From Candidatus Eiseniibacteriota bacterium (lineage in GTDB: Bacteria > Eisenbacteria > RBG-16-71-46), in contig JBGAML010000002.1 of the NCBI GenBank assembly GCA_044223005.1, positions 266,457 through 330,456 of the forward strand: DNA of 64,000 nucleotides, read 5' to 3'. A model generated the notes under the pieces. The model worked only from the letters and a program-made list of their open reading frames with translations, ran no database searches and had not been told where the DNA came from. A program made the translations under genes and the position numbers. The stretch's first letter is position 1. Each line of letters opens with the position of its first letter. Positions 38,508 through 47,989 of this stretch are shown here, one piece after another.

Positions 38508-41500
38508 ATGCGCCTGGCCTGCCTCGCCGCACTGTTCGCGCTGCTGCTGGGTGGCTCGTTCTCACCGTCGGCGGCGCGTCCCAAGGCTCCCGCGGGGCGG
38601 GACACGGTGGTCGTCCAGGCGGAGTGGGACAGCCTGATCGCGCTCCAGTCGGCGCGCCGGTACGCGGTGGTCGACAGCGTGGCGCAGGCGCTGATCGCGC
38701 GGATCGAGGCGTCGCCGCACCCGGACACGCTCGACCTCACGCACGCGCTCTCGTTCGTCGCGGCGGCGCGCTACTCGCAGCGGCTGGTCAACGACGGCAA
38801 GGCGGGCGACGCGATCGAGCGGCTGATCACGCTGCGCGCCCGGCACGTGCCGCCGGGCGAGAAGCTCATGGTGTGGGCCGAGGGCTGGGCGGCGCGTTAC
38901 TTCGACGACGTGGGCCAGCACGACAAGGCGTACGAGCACGCGCGAGGGTTCCTGGACCAGCTCCGGGCGCAGTCGCCCATGGACACGCTGCGCGTCGCGG
39001 CGGCGACCCGCCGCATGGCGCTGGCGCTGCACTTCCTGGGGCGCGAATCCGAGGCGCGCGAGCAGTTCCTGCGCGCGATCGAGATCGCGCGCTCCAAGAC
39101 GATCCCGACGTGGGAAGAGCAGCTCGCCACGCTGGGCGAGTACGGCCAGTACCTGAGCGATCTGGGCGAGTTCGACGCGGCGCGCGACTACCTGAACCGC
39201 GCGCGAGAGATCGGCGAGCACCACAAGGAGGCTGCCGCCCAGCTCGACGAGGTGTTCGGGCGGCTCACCACGCTCGAGCAGCGCGTGGGCAACCTCGCCG
39301 ACGCGGTGGACCTGGCGCAGCGCTCGTACGAGCTGACCCGCGTGCGCTTCGGCGAGAATGCGGCGCCGACGCTGCGGGCGCGCGTGCGGCTGGCGTACCG
39401 GATCTCCGACCTGGGCGATCACGCCGAGGCGCTGCGGCGGCTGCGCGAGATCGCGCCGGTCATGGCGGAGCAGATCGGCCGCACCAACCCGCAGGTGATC
39501 AACGTGCGCATCTCGGCGCTCGAGGACGCTGCTGCGGTGGGCGACACGACCGGCATGCGCGCCGAGCTGGCGGCGCTCTGGCCGATCGTCATGTCGACGG
39601 CGACGCCGCTCTCCAACGCCACCTACCTGCACGCGATGGGCTCGGTGGTCGCGCGATTGCGCGGCGACGAACGCGCCGCATGGGATTCGCTCGAAGTGGC
39701 GGTGCGCGGCATCTGGCCGGAACGCACGCGCTGGGGCGGCCGCCTCGCCGATCTCGCGAGCGAGGAGGCGGTGCTGCTGGCGGGGCCCGGCGACCGCGAC
39801 CGCGCGGAGCAGCTCTTCGCGCGCATCGACACGCTGACGCGCGAAACGAGCGCGCGCGCGGCGGCGGAGTGGCCGCACTGGCTCGAGTCGCGCGCGGGAC
39901 TCGAGGCGCGGCTGGGGCTCGCGGACTCGGCGTGGACGCACGCGCTGCAAGCGGCATCGCTGCAGCGCGAACGGCTTCGCTACCAGGCCTACGCGCTCTC
40001 CGACCACCAGGCGGTGCAGCTGGCCGAGCAGTCGGTCACCTCGGGCGACGTGCTGGACCAGCTGGCGAGCGCGGGCGATCCGGCGCGCGCGGCGGCAGCG
40101 TGGGAGCAGCAGATCCGCTGGCGCGGGCTGGTGCGCGAAGAGGTGACGTCGCGGCGCCTCGCGGCGTGGCAGGCGGCGGACACGGCGGTGGCGGGAGCGC
40201 ATGCGCGCTGGCTCGCGGCGCAGCGTTCGCTCGCGCAGCTCGTGGTCTCGGGTGCGGCGCACCCCGACGATCCGGCTACGGCGGAGCGCTTCGCGCAGGC
40301 GCGCGCGGCGGCCGACGCGGCCGAACAGCAGATGGGCCGCGCGGTGGGCGGCGCTTCGGTCGACACGGTGACGCTGACGCACGTGCTCTCGCACCTCTCG
40401 CCGCGGCAGGCGCTGGTCGGCTTCGCCACCGCGGGCACGGGTCGCGACGCGCGCACGCTGGGCGCGTTCGTCGCCGTGGCGGGCGGCACGCCGCGCTGGG
40501 TGACGCTGGGCGACGAGGGCGCGCTGGGCGACGCGATCGCGGCGTGGACGGCCGCGCTCGCGACGCCACCGTCGGGCGCGCCGGCCGCGATCCGCGCGGC
40601 GGAGCGGGCGTGCCGCGCGAAGGGTGCCGTGGTGCGCGAGAAGCTCTGGGCGCCTGTGCTGCGCGCGCTGGGCGACGTGACGGACGTGTTCGTGGTGCCC
40701 GAGGCCTCGACGTGGAACGTGCCGTGGCTCGCACTGCCGGTGGGCGAGGCGGGCTACGTGGCCGACGCGCCCTACGTGGTGCACCTGCTCAACGCCGAGC
40801 GCGAGCTGCTGCGGCCGTCGCTGCCCGCGAAGGGCGGGCTGCTCGCGGTGGGCGATCCGGATTTCGACCTGACGCCGGCGGCGGCCGACACGAGCCACGC
40901 CGCGACCCGCTCGGGTGTGACGGGCTGGCCGTGCGCCGACGGACGCCCGGCGCGGCTGGAATCGCTGCCCGCGGCGCGTGCCGAGGTGCAGGCGATCGCG
41001 GCGCTCTGGCCCGTGCGCGCGGGCGCGTCCGAGCTGCGCGTGGGAAATCGCGCCGACGAAGCGGACTTCAAGCGCGAGGCGCCGGGCCGCGCGGTGATCC
41101 ACCTCGCGACGCACGGCATCGTGCTCAGCGACACGTGCGTGGCGGTCGGCAGCACGGCGCTGCGCGGTGTGGGCGGTGTGGCCGCGCTCGCCGCGCCGTC
41201 GCAGTCGCCGAAGCGCGCGCCGGGCGCGAGCGCCGCCGCGCCGCGTGCCTCGGCGCCGCGACAGGTGCCGGGGCACGTGTGGCTCGCGTTCGCGGGCGCC
41301 AACCACGCGGCCGACGGCGCGCACGACGAGAACGAGGGCCTGCTTACCGCCGAGGAGGTGGCGACGCTCGACCTCGCGGGCACCGACTGGGTCGTGCTCT
41401 CGGCGTGTCATTCGGGCGAGGGCGAGACGTGGCTGCGCGAGGGCCAGTCGGGCATGCGCCGCGCGTTCCACCTTGCGGGCGTGCGCACGGTGATCGCGAG

Positions 41501-41687
41501 CCGCTGGGCGGTGGCCGACGCCGCGACGCGCGAGTGGATGGTGGCGCTTTATCGCGGGCGCTCGCACGGGCTCGCGGCCGCGCCCGCGGTTCGCGCGGCG
41601 GCGCGTGAGGTGCTGGCCCGGCGCCGCACCGACGGCCGCTCGACGCACCCGTTCTTCTGGGCGGGTTTCGAGGCCTCCGGGCGGTAG
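38508..41687 (+). CDS. Secreted TPR-repeat protein with a C-terminal CHAT (caspase-like) domain
   Basis: The signal peptide is MRLACLAALFALLLGGSFSPSAA. It has long TPR-like helical repeats. The CHAT region carries the His/Cys dyad context HLATHG...LSACHSGEG. It lies divergent from the ECF sigma/kinase operon. Confidence 0.75.
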   Translation: MRLACLAALFALLLGGSFSPSAARPKAPAGRDTVVVQAEWDSLIALQSARRYAVVDSVAQALIARIEASPHPDTLDLTHALSFVAAARYSQRLVNDGKAGDAIERLITLRARHVPPGEKLMVWAEGWAARYFDDVGQHDKAYEHARGFLDQLRAQSPMDTLRVAAATRRMALALHFLGRESEAREQFLRAIEIARSKTIPTWEEQLATLGEYGQYLSDLGEFDAARDYLNRAREIGEHHKEAAAQLDEVFGRLTTLEQRVGNLADAVDLAQRSYELTRVRFGENAAPTLRARVRLAYRISDLGDHAEALRRLREIAPVMAEQIGRTNPQVINVRISALEDAAAVGDTTGMRAELAALWPIVMSTATPLSNATYLHAMGSVVARLRGDERAAWDSLEVAVRGIWPERTRWGGRLADLASEEAVLLAGPGDRDRAEQLFARIDTLTRETSARAAAEWPHWLESRAGLEARLGLADSAWTHALQAASLQRERLRYQAYALSDHQAVQLAEQSVTSGDVLDQLASAGDPARAAAAWEQQIRWRGLVREEVTSRRLAAWQAADTAVAGAHARWLAAQRSLAQLVVSGAAHPDDPATAERFAQARAAADAAEQQMGRAVGGASVDTVTLTHVLSHLSPRQALVGFATAGTGRDARTLGAFVAVAGGTPRWVTLGDEGALGDAIAAWTAALATPPSGAPAAIRAAERACRAKGAVVREKLWAPVLRALGDVTDVFVVPEASTWNVPWLALPVGEAGYVADAPYVVHLLNAERELLRPSLPAKGGLLAVGDPDFDLTPAAADTSHAATRSGVTGWPCADGRPARLESLPAARAEVQAIAALWPVRAGASELRVGNRADEADFKREAPGRAVIHLATHGIVLSDTCVAVGSTALRGVGGVAALAAPSQSPKRAPGASAAAPRASAPRQVPGHVWLAFAGANHAADGAHDENEGLLTAEEVATLDLAGTDWVVLSACHSGEGETWLREGQSGMRRAFHLAGVRTVIASRWAVADAATREWMVALYRGRSHGLAAAPAVRAAAREVLARRRTDGRSTHPFFWAGFEASGR

Positions 41688-41800
41688 CCGCGCGGCGGCT
41701 CGGCCCCCGTGTTCGCTCCGGGCGGGCGGGACGTAGGGAGAACGCGAGCCCATCCGCGCGCGGTGCGTGGGTGGTCCGACCCACCCTCGAGGAGCGCCCC

Positions 41801-44551
41801 ATGCGCCGCCGCATCGCCGCAGCGATCCTGCTCACCGCCTGCTGCTGTGCCCCGCTGCCCACGTTCGCCCAGTGCGAGCGGTGGCTGCCCGGCCCGTTCG
41901 ACAATGGCACCGCCAGCAGCGTCGTCGGCAAGCTCTATTGCTCGACGTCGTGGGATCCGGACGGCGACGGGCCGCTGTTCCCGCGCCTCGTGGTGGCGGG
42001 CAGCTTCACCTCGATCGGCGGCGTCGCGACCCACAACGTCGCGTGGCGCGATCCCGCGACGGGAACGTGGAACGCGTTCGGTCCGGGGATCACCTTCACC
42101 GTCCGCGCGCTCGCGGTGCTGAACGGCCAGGTCGTCGCGGCCGGCGATGGCGACACGAATCCCGCGGCCGACGACGACAACGTCCTGCGCTGGAACGGCG
42201 TCTCGTGGGCGAGCCTGGGCGGTGGTACGGCGACGGGCAACGTGAACGCGCTCGCGGTCTGGAACGGCGAGCTCTACGCGGGCGGCTACTTCGTCGCGAA
42301 TCCGTCCTGGGCCGACCCCGTCAGCAACATCGGGCGCTGGGACGAGGCGACCGCGACGTGGCAATCCGTGGGCGGCGGCACGGACGGCACGGTGTCCGCG
42401 CTGCACGCCTGGCAGGGCGTGCTCTACGCGGGCGGCTCGTTCCACCACGCGGGCGGGGTGGCCGCGAACTACATCGCGCGCTTCGACGGCACGTGGCACG
42501 CGCTGTCGAGCGAGCCGAAGTACTACGTCAACGACCTCGAGGGCGGTTACAACGGCGAGCTCCTCGCGGCCACGTCGTTCACCGGCGCGAATGGCGCGAC
42601 GACCCCGGCCGTCGGGGGCTGGAACGGCTTCAGCTGGAACGTGCGGGCGGTGCAGGCGGTGCCGAGCGGCATCTTCCTGACCTGTGGCATCTACAATGGT
42701 TCGATCTACGCCGGCGGATCGTTCGAATCGCTCGATGGGATGTTGGCCGGAGGCGTGGCGCGATGGGACGGCACGCGCTGGGTGTCGGTCGGCCAGGGGG
42801 CCGTGAATCACGCGGCGGTGATCTACGACCTGGCACCCTACAACGGCGAGCTGCTCGCGGTGGGCGACGTCCAACAGCTCGACTTCATTCCCGTGGGCGG
42901 CATCGGCCGCTGGAACGGCACGGAATGGGGAGCGTTCGGCGGCTATTCGGCGCTGAGCGTGGCGGCGATGACGCCGTACAACGGCCGCCTGGTCGCGGGC
43001 GGGTACTTCCATGCGTACGCGGGCACGGGACCGTCCGTGTCGAACATCGGCGCCTGGCGAGGCACGACGGGGCTCTCGGCGTTCGGCACGGGGACGGACG
43101 CCGACGTCACGGCGCTGTGCGCCTACACGTCCGGAACCCTGGTGAATCCCAGCTACGAGCTGGTCGCGGGTGGGTACTTCACCGTCGCGGGCGGCCTCGC
43201 CTGCAATCACGTCGCGCGCTGGATCGAGAAGACGACCATCATCACGCCTCCGGCGTGGGCGCCGATGGGCCAGGGGTTCAACGCGGCGGTGAGCGCGCTC
43301 GAGCGCTACAACAGCGCGCTCTATGCCGGCGGCAGCTTCACGGCCTCGGGCGCCACGCCGCTCGGCCACATCGCGCGCTGGAACACGGCGGCCAGCAGCT
43401 GGGAATCGGTCGGCAACTTCGACGGCTCGGTCGAGGCGCTCAAGGTCTGGAACGGCCAGCTCTACGCCGGCGGCTCCTTCACCAGCGTGAACGGCGTCCC
43501 GACCGGTGGACTCGCGCGCTGGAACGGCTCGACGTGGTCCGCATGCGGCGGCGTCTTCTCCACCGGGTACGTGCATGCGCTCGAGGTCTACAACGGCCAG
43601 CTCGTGATCGGCGGGGAGTTCACCGGCGTGCCGGGCAGCCCGAACCTCGCGACGTGGGACGGCACCAGCATCTCCACGCTCGGCTCGGGCGGCACGAATC
43701 GCGCCGTCCACGCCCTGCGAGCGGCTGGGACCCGGCTCTACGTGGGCGGCGAGTTCCTGCTCGCCGGCGGCCTGTCGTGCCAGCACCTCGCCTGGTGGGA
43801 CGGGACGTGGCACGCGATGAGCGGCGCCACCAACACCGTGGAGTCGATGTGCCTCTACAACGGTGAGCTGCACGTGGGCGGCAGCTTCCAGTACGTGGAC
43901 GACGGCCTGCTCCGCGCTCCGACGTGGGCCCGCTACACCGAGACCGGCGTGCCGTGGTTCGCGACGCAGCCCTCGTCGCGCAACGTCGCGCCGGGGACGA
44001 ACGTCACGTTCACCGCGTCGCCGCCGCCGGGCTACAGCGGCTACTCGACGCAGTGGTACCGCAACGGCGTCCCGCTCGCTGACGGGTTCACGGGACATGG
44101 TTCGATCGTGTCGGGCGCGCACACGAGCACGCTCGAGATCGACTTCACCAACGGCCAGACCGACTGGGGGAAGTACCACGCGGAGATGAGCAACAGCTGC
44201 GGCAGCGTGCAGAGCGTGGACGCGACGCTGTCGTTCGACGGCTACGCCGACGTGGCGCCGGGCGGCACGCTCCAGACCGCGTTCGCCGCCATGGGCCCCA
44301 ACCCGAGCCGCGGCGCGACGACGCTGCAGTACTCGCTCGCCCGCGACGCCGACGTGCGCGTGCGCGTGCACGACATCGCGGGCCGGCTCGTGTGGTCGCG
44401 CGAGCTCGGGCACGTGGCGGCGGGCCGCCACGCCGCGGAGTGGGACGCCCGCGACGCGGGTGGCGACCGCGTGCGTGCGGGGCTCTACCTCGTGACGCTC
44501 GAGGTCGACGGCGCGCGGCTCGCGGCGCGGCGGCTCGTGGTGACGAGGTAG
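41801..44551 (+). CDS. Large secreted repeat (beta-propeller-like) protein with an Ig-like domain and a T9SS-type CTD; paralogue of 224..2980
   Basis: GAGGAG lies 6 nt before the ATG. The signal peptide is MRRRIAAAILLTACCCAPLPTFA, followed by the QCERWLPGPFDNGT motif. There are >12 repeats (YAGGSF....GG.....IARW.G..W). The C-terminal PNPSRGATTLQYSL...GLYLVTL is the CTD. Confidence 0.75.
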   Translation: MRRRIAAAILLTACCCAPLPTFAQCERWLPGPFDNGTASSVVGKLYCSTSWDPDGDGPLFPRLVVAGSFTSIGGVATHNVAWRDPATGTWNAFGPGITFTVRALAVLNGQVVAAGDGDTNPAADDDNVLRWNGVSWASLGGGTATGNVNALAVWNGELYAGGYFVANPSWADPVSNIGRWDEATATWQSVGGGTDGTVSALHAWQGVLYAGGSFHHAGGVAANYIARFDGTWHALSSEPKYYVNDLEGGYNGELLAATSFTGANGATTPAVGGWNGFSWNVRAVQAVPSGIFLTCGIYNGSIYAGGSFESLDGMLAGGVARWDGTRWVSVGQGAVNHAAVIYDLAPYNGELLAVGDVQQLDFIPVGGIGRWNGTEWGAFGGYSALSVAAMTPYNGRLVAGGYFHAYAGTGPSVSNIGAWRGTTGLSAFGTGTDADVTALCAYTSGTLVNPSYELVAGGYFTVAGGLACNHVARWIEKTTIITPPAWAPMGQGFNAAVSALERYNSALYAGGSFTASGATPLGHIARWNTAASSWESVGNFDGSVEALKVWNGQLYAGGSFTSVNGVPTGGLARWNGSTWSACGGVFSTGYVHALEVYNGQLVIGGEFTGVPGSPNLATWDGTSISTLGSGGTNRAVHALRAAGTRLYVGGEFLLAGGLSCQHLAWWDGTWHAMSGATNTVESMCLYNGELHVGGSFQYVDDGLLRAPTWARYTETGVPWFATQPSSRNVAPGTNVTFTASPPPGYSGYSTQWYRNGVPLADGFTGHGSIVSGAHTSTLEIDFTNGQTDWGKYHAEMSNSCGSVQSVDATLSFDGYADVAPGGTLQTAFAAMGPNPSRGATTLQYSLARDADVRVRVHDIAGRLVWSRELGHVAAGRHAAEWDARDAGGDRVRAGLYLVTLEVDGARLAARRLVVTR

Positions 44552-44734
44552 GGCAGCGGGGCCGCGCGGCGGGCAGGCTGCGCGTGAGGCGAAGCGAGGC
44601 GGGCCGGGACGCGACGAGGCGCTCCGGCCCGCGGCGTTTCGGGTGCGAACGGCGTCTCGTGAAGGAGTACGATCGGTGCGCCGAAAACGAGCGGCATCGT
44701 GTCCGACGTGCGCCCATCCCGCCCCGGAGGCCCC

Positions 44735-45745
44735 ATGCGACTGCGCTTCTCCGCCTGCCTGTTGCTCCTGACGCTCGTCGGACCGGCCGCCGTCCGCGCC
44801 GCCGAGGCCCCGTGCCCGGCCGCGATCAGCGGCTCCGGTTCGGCGACCTGGTATTCGCCGCCCGACGACGCGAGCGTCGCGTGCGGCCTGCCGGCGGTGA
44901 CGCCGGGGGAATACACCGTCGCGGTGACGCCGTCACGATGGGCGGGCTCCGGGATCTGCGGGCGCTGCCTCGAGGTGACGGGGCCGCTCGGGACCATCGT
45001 GGCCCGCGTGCGCGACGAGTGCCCGAGTTGCACGAGCGGGGATCTCGACATGAGCCAGGCGGCGTTCGCCGCGATCGGCAACCCGCTGCTCGGCATCGTT
45101 CCCATCACGTGGCGTTCGACGCCGTGTCCGTTTTCGACGCCGGTCAAGATCTCCATCGATCCGGGCTCGAACATCTACTACGTCGCATTCAAGGTCCTGG
45201 AGCACCGGTTCGGGATCGACTCCGTTCAGGTGAAGGAGAACGGCGGTCCGGGCTACTTCACGGCGCCGCGAACCACCTACGATTCGTTCGTCGCGACCAC
45301 CGGCACGGCGCTGGCGTTCCCGCTCGCGCTGCGGCTCTTCGACGTGCACGGCCAGGCCATCGACGAGACCATGACGTCGGCGGACCTGGCGTCGGGCGGC
45401 GTGTACGCCGGCACGCACCAGTTCCCGAATCCGGTCTGCCTCACCGCCAGCGCGCCGCCACCCGCTGCGAGCGCCATGCCCGCGGCCGCCGCACCGAACC
45501 CGTTCGCGTCGGCGACGCAGCTGCGTTTCACCCTCGCGCTCGATCAGCCGGTGCGCGTGGAGGTCTTCGACGCGGGCGGCCGCCGCGTGCGCTCGCTCGC
45601 GAACGGCGCCATGACCGCGGGGCCGCACGCGCTCGCGTGGGACGGGCGCGACGGCGCGGACCTCGTGGTGCCGGCGGGGCTCTACCTCGTGCGCATCATG
45701 GGCCGCTACGAGTCGCACGTCCTTACCGTCGCCCGCATGCGCTGA
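44735..45745 (+). CDS. Secreted expansin-like protein (DPBB domain + expansin C-terminal/CBM63-like domain) with a T9SS-type CTD
   Basis: GGAGG lies 4 nt before the ATG. The signal peptide is MRLRFSACLLLLTLVGPAAVRA. GSATWYSPPDDASVACG...CGRCLEV is the DPBB signature of EXLX-type bacterial expansins. The C-terminus PNPFASATQLRFTL...GLYLVRI is the CTD. Confidence 0.6.
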   Translation: MRLRFSACLLLLTLVGPAAVRAAEAPCPAAISGSGSATWYSPPDDASVACGLPAVTPGEYTVAVTPSRWAGSGICGRCLEVTGPLGTIVARVRDECPSCTSGDLDMSQAAFAAIGNPLLGIVPITWRSTPCPFSTPVKISIDPGSNIYYVAFKVLEHRFGIDSVQVKENGGPGYFTAPRTTYDSFVATTGTALAFPLALRLFDVHGQAIDETMTSADLASGGVYAGTHQFPNPVCLTASAPPPAASAMPAAAAPNPFASATQLRFTLALDQPVRVEVFDAGGRRVRSLANGAMTAGPHALAWDGRDGADLVVPAGLYLVRIMGRYESHVLTVARMR

Positions 45746-45762
45746 CGCGCCGTTCGCGACAT

Positions 45763-45791
45763 GGGCCGGGGCGCTCACCGCGCTCCGGCCC
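45763..45791. terminator. Bidirectional hairpin between convergent genes
   Basis: GGGCCGGGGCGC-tcacc-GCGCTCCGGCCC is a 12-bp stem with one mismatch. It lies between the stops of 44735..45745 (+) and 45817..47844 (-). Confidence 0.4.
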
Positions 45792-45816
45792 GTGGTGCGT
45801 GCGCGCCGCGCCGCGT

Positions 45817-47844
45817 CTATCGCACGATCTCGAAACGGCGCACGAGCGTGCGGCCCGCGGCCTCGAGCCGCGCGAAATAGATGCCGGGCGCCGGCGCCCT
45901 CCACGTCGCGCGCACGTGACCCGCGGCGTATTCGCCGTCGGCGAGCACGGCGCACTGGCGGCCGCCGACGTCCAGCACGCGAAGCCGCGCGTGACCCCGC
46001 GACGCGAGGCTGAAATCGATCGCCACCGTGCCGGGTGAGGGATTGGGGGCGATGGGGGCGAGTGCGAGTGCCGTGATCTTCGTCCGCGGGACGGCGGTCG
46101 ACGCGGCGGCGGGCACGTACACGGCTTCGACGCGGTGGTTCGCGCGGACGCCGGTGAACGTGAAGCGGGTCAAGTCGCCCTGGTCGGCGCCGTCGACCAG
46201 CAGCGAGGCGATTTCGTGCCCGGGCTGCGGCGTCGCAGTCACGGTCACGTTCGCACCGGCGGCGACCGTCGTGGGGCCCGCGGGCGCGACCGAACCGCTG
46301 CCGGTCGCCGCGGTCGTGAGCGTGAAACTCGTGGGCACGCCGTCGGGTTCCACCGCGCCGGCGTAGCCGCCCTCGAGATCGGCGCTGCGCGCGCCGCTCT
46401 CGGGGAGCAGCGTGGGATCGAACGTCGCGAACGTGGAGTCCGCGAAGCGCGGGCTCGCCCACACGAACTTGTCCGGCAGCCCGTAGCCCGGGCCGCTCGC
46501 CGGCGCGCCCGAGACGGTTCCGAGCCGGATCGCGTGGCCCGGCGTGCCGCCGGCCGAGTAGACGACGCCGCCCGAGTCCACGAACACTCCAGTCTCGGGC
46601 ATCTCGATGGTCGCGAGCGAGCCCGCGGCGTTGGGGGCCGTGGAGTAGAAGATGTTGCCGACGATCTTCGTGCCCGACGCAGCCACGTACGAGTTGAACT
46701 TGGCGACGGTGGGATAGGTCGAGAGGAAGGTGTTGTGGCGGACGACGCAGTTGCGCGTGATCTTGCCGAACTGGAAGGCGATCGCGCCGTCGCAGCGGAC
46801 CACGTTGAACTCGATCGTGTCGGTGTTCGCGTCCTCGGTGTAGCCGAGCCCGTAGGTTTTCGGGTTCGCGAGGTTGAAGACGTTGTGCCCGAGGTAGTGG
46901 TGGTGCACCGAATGCTGGATGTGCCCGTCCTGCGACAGCCCGAAGTTGACGCCGGCCGTGCCGTGCGCGTTCACCACGTTGCCGATGTAGCGGTTCCACG
47001 CCGAGCTGTCGCGCCAGCCCCAGTAGGCGACCGTGTTCGCGTTCGAGTTGAAGTCGAGGTTCCAGGTGTTGCCCTGGAACGAGTTGAAGTAGGAGAAGTA
47101 GGTCTCGGAGGCGAACGCGAACCCCGAGTCGTTCTGCGTGAAGTTGAATGTGTTCCCGGCGAACGTGTTGTACTGCGCCCGCATCAGGACGATGAACTGC
47201 ATGTCGGCGTTCAGCGTCTTGGTGTAGTCGAAGCGCGAGTTCTGGATCAGGTTGCCCGTCACGCGGCAGTCGTAGTCGCGCGTGTCGCCGCCGTCGGCGT
47301 TGCCCAAGTCGTCGCGCATGTTGATGTGGCAGTCGAGCCCGGAGAGCTGCAGGCTGTCGTAGACGCAGTGCTTCGCGACGGCATCGAGGCTGCCCGTGCC
47401 GTGGACGCCGATCAGCGAATCGAAGCGCGCGACGTACAGGTTGCCGCCGAGCTTGCGGCTCGAGTACGGGCGTGAACCCGCGCCGGCGCTCGTGGCGATC
47501 CACTTCACGGTGACGTAGTCGCCCCAGTCGCCCGAGCCGCCCTGGCCCGCGCGGTCGAGCCGGATGCCCGCGACGACCGCCGAATCCGGCGCGGCCATCG
47601 AGCCGCAGTACGTGATGCGCTGGAGCGCGGTGCCGTTGGCGTGCGGCTGGACCGGGACCGTGTACGTGCCCGGGGAGACGAGCACGAGGTCGCCGGCCAC
47701 GACGCCGGCATTGGCCGCGAGGAGCCCGGCGTCGTCGTGCACGAGCCACGTGGTGGCGTGCACCGCGGCGTGAGGGAGCGCGGCCAGCGCGAGCGCGAAA
47801 ACGGCCATGCGGGCACGCGCGAACGGGGGGGGAGCGAGTCGCAT
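45817..47844 (-). CDS. Secreted right-handed parallel beta-helix (pectate-lyase-like) protein with a T9SS-type CTD
   Basis: The signal peptide is MRLAPPPFARARMAVFALALAALPHAAVHA. There are >8 PbH1-like repeats (TGNLIQNS, FAGNTFNF, FQGNTWNL, IGNVVNAHG, IVGNIFYS). The C-terminal APNPSPGTVAIDFSL...GIYFARL is the CTD. Confidence 0.7.
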   Translation of the reverse strand: MRLAPPPFARARMAVFALALAALPHAAVHATTWLVHDDAGLLAANAGVVAGDLVLVSPGTYTVPVQPHANGTALQRITYCGSMAAPDSAVVAGIRLDRAGQGGSGDWGDYVTVKWIATSAGAGSRPYSSRKLGGNLYVARFDSLIGVHGTGSLDAVAKHCVYDSLQLSGLDCHINMRDDLGNADGGDTRDYDCRVTGNLIQNSRFDYTKTLNADMQFIVLMRAQYNTFAGNTFNFTQNDSGFAFASETYFSYFNSFQGNTWNLDFNSNANTVAYWGWRDSSAWNRYIGNVVNAHGTAGVNFGLSQDGHIQHSVHHHYLGHNVFNLANPKTYGLGYTEDANTDTIEFNVVRCDGAIAFQFGKITRNCVVRHNTFLSTYPTVAKFNSYVAASGTKIVGNIFYSTAPNAAGSLATIEMPETGVFVDSGGVVYSAGGTPGHAIRLGTVSGAPASGPGYGLPDKFVWASPRFADSTFATFDPTLLPESGARSADLEGGYAGAVEPDGVPTSFTLTTAATGSGSVAPAGPTTVAAGANVTVTATPQPGHEIASLLVDGADQGDLTRFTFTGVRANHRVEAVYVPAAASTAVPRTKITALALAPIAPNPSPGTVAIDFSLASRGHARLRVLDVGGRQCAVLADGEYAAGHVRATWRAPAPGIYFARLEAAGRTLVRRFEIVR

Positions 47845-47989
47845 CGCGGAAGAGTCCGTGTTGCCGGCCCCGCGATGCAACGAACGTTCGCGTCAATTCC
47901 GAGTTTCGACACGCAAACGTTGCGCTCGACTGGGGTCGCGTTCGCCCGCGCTGAACGCGCGGTACGTGCGGGGCGTGTATCGTGTCGCC

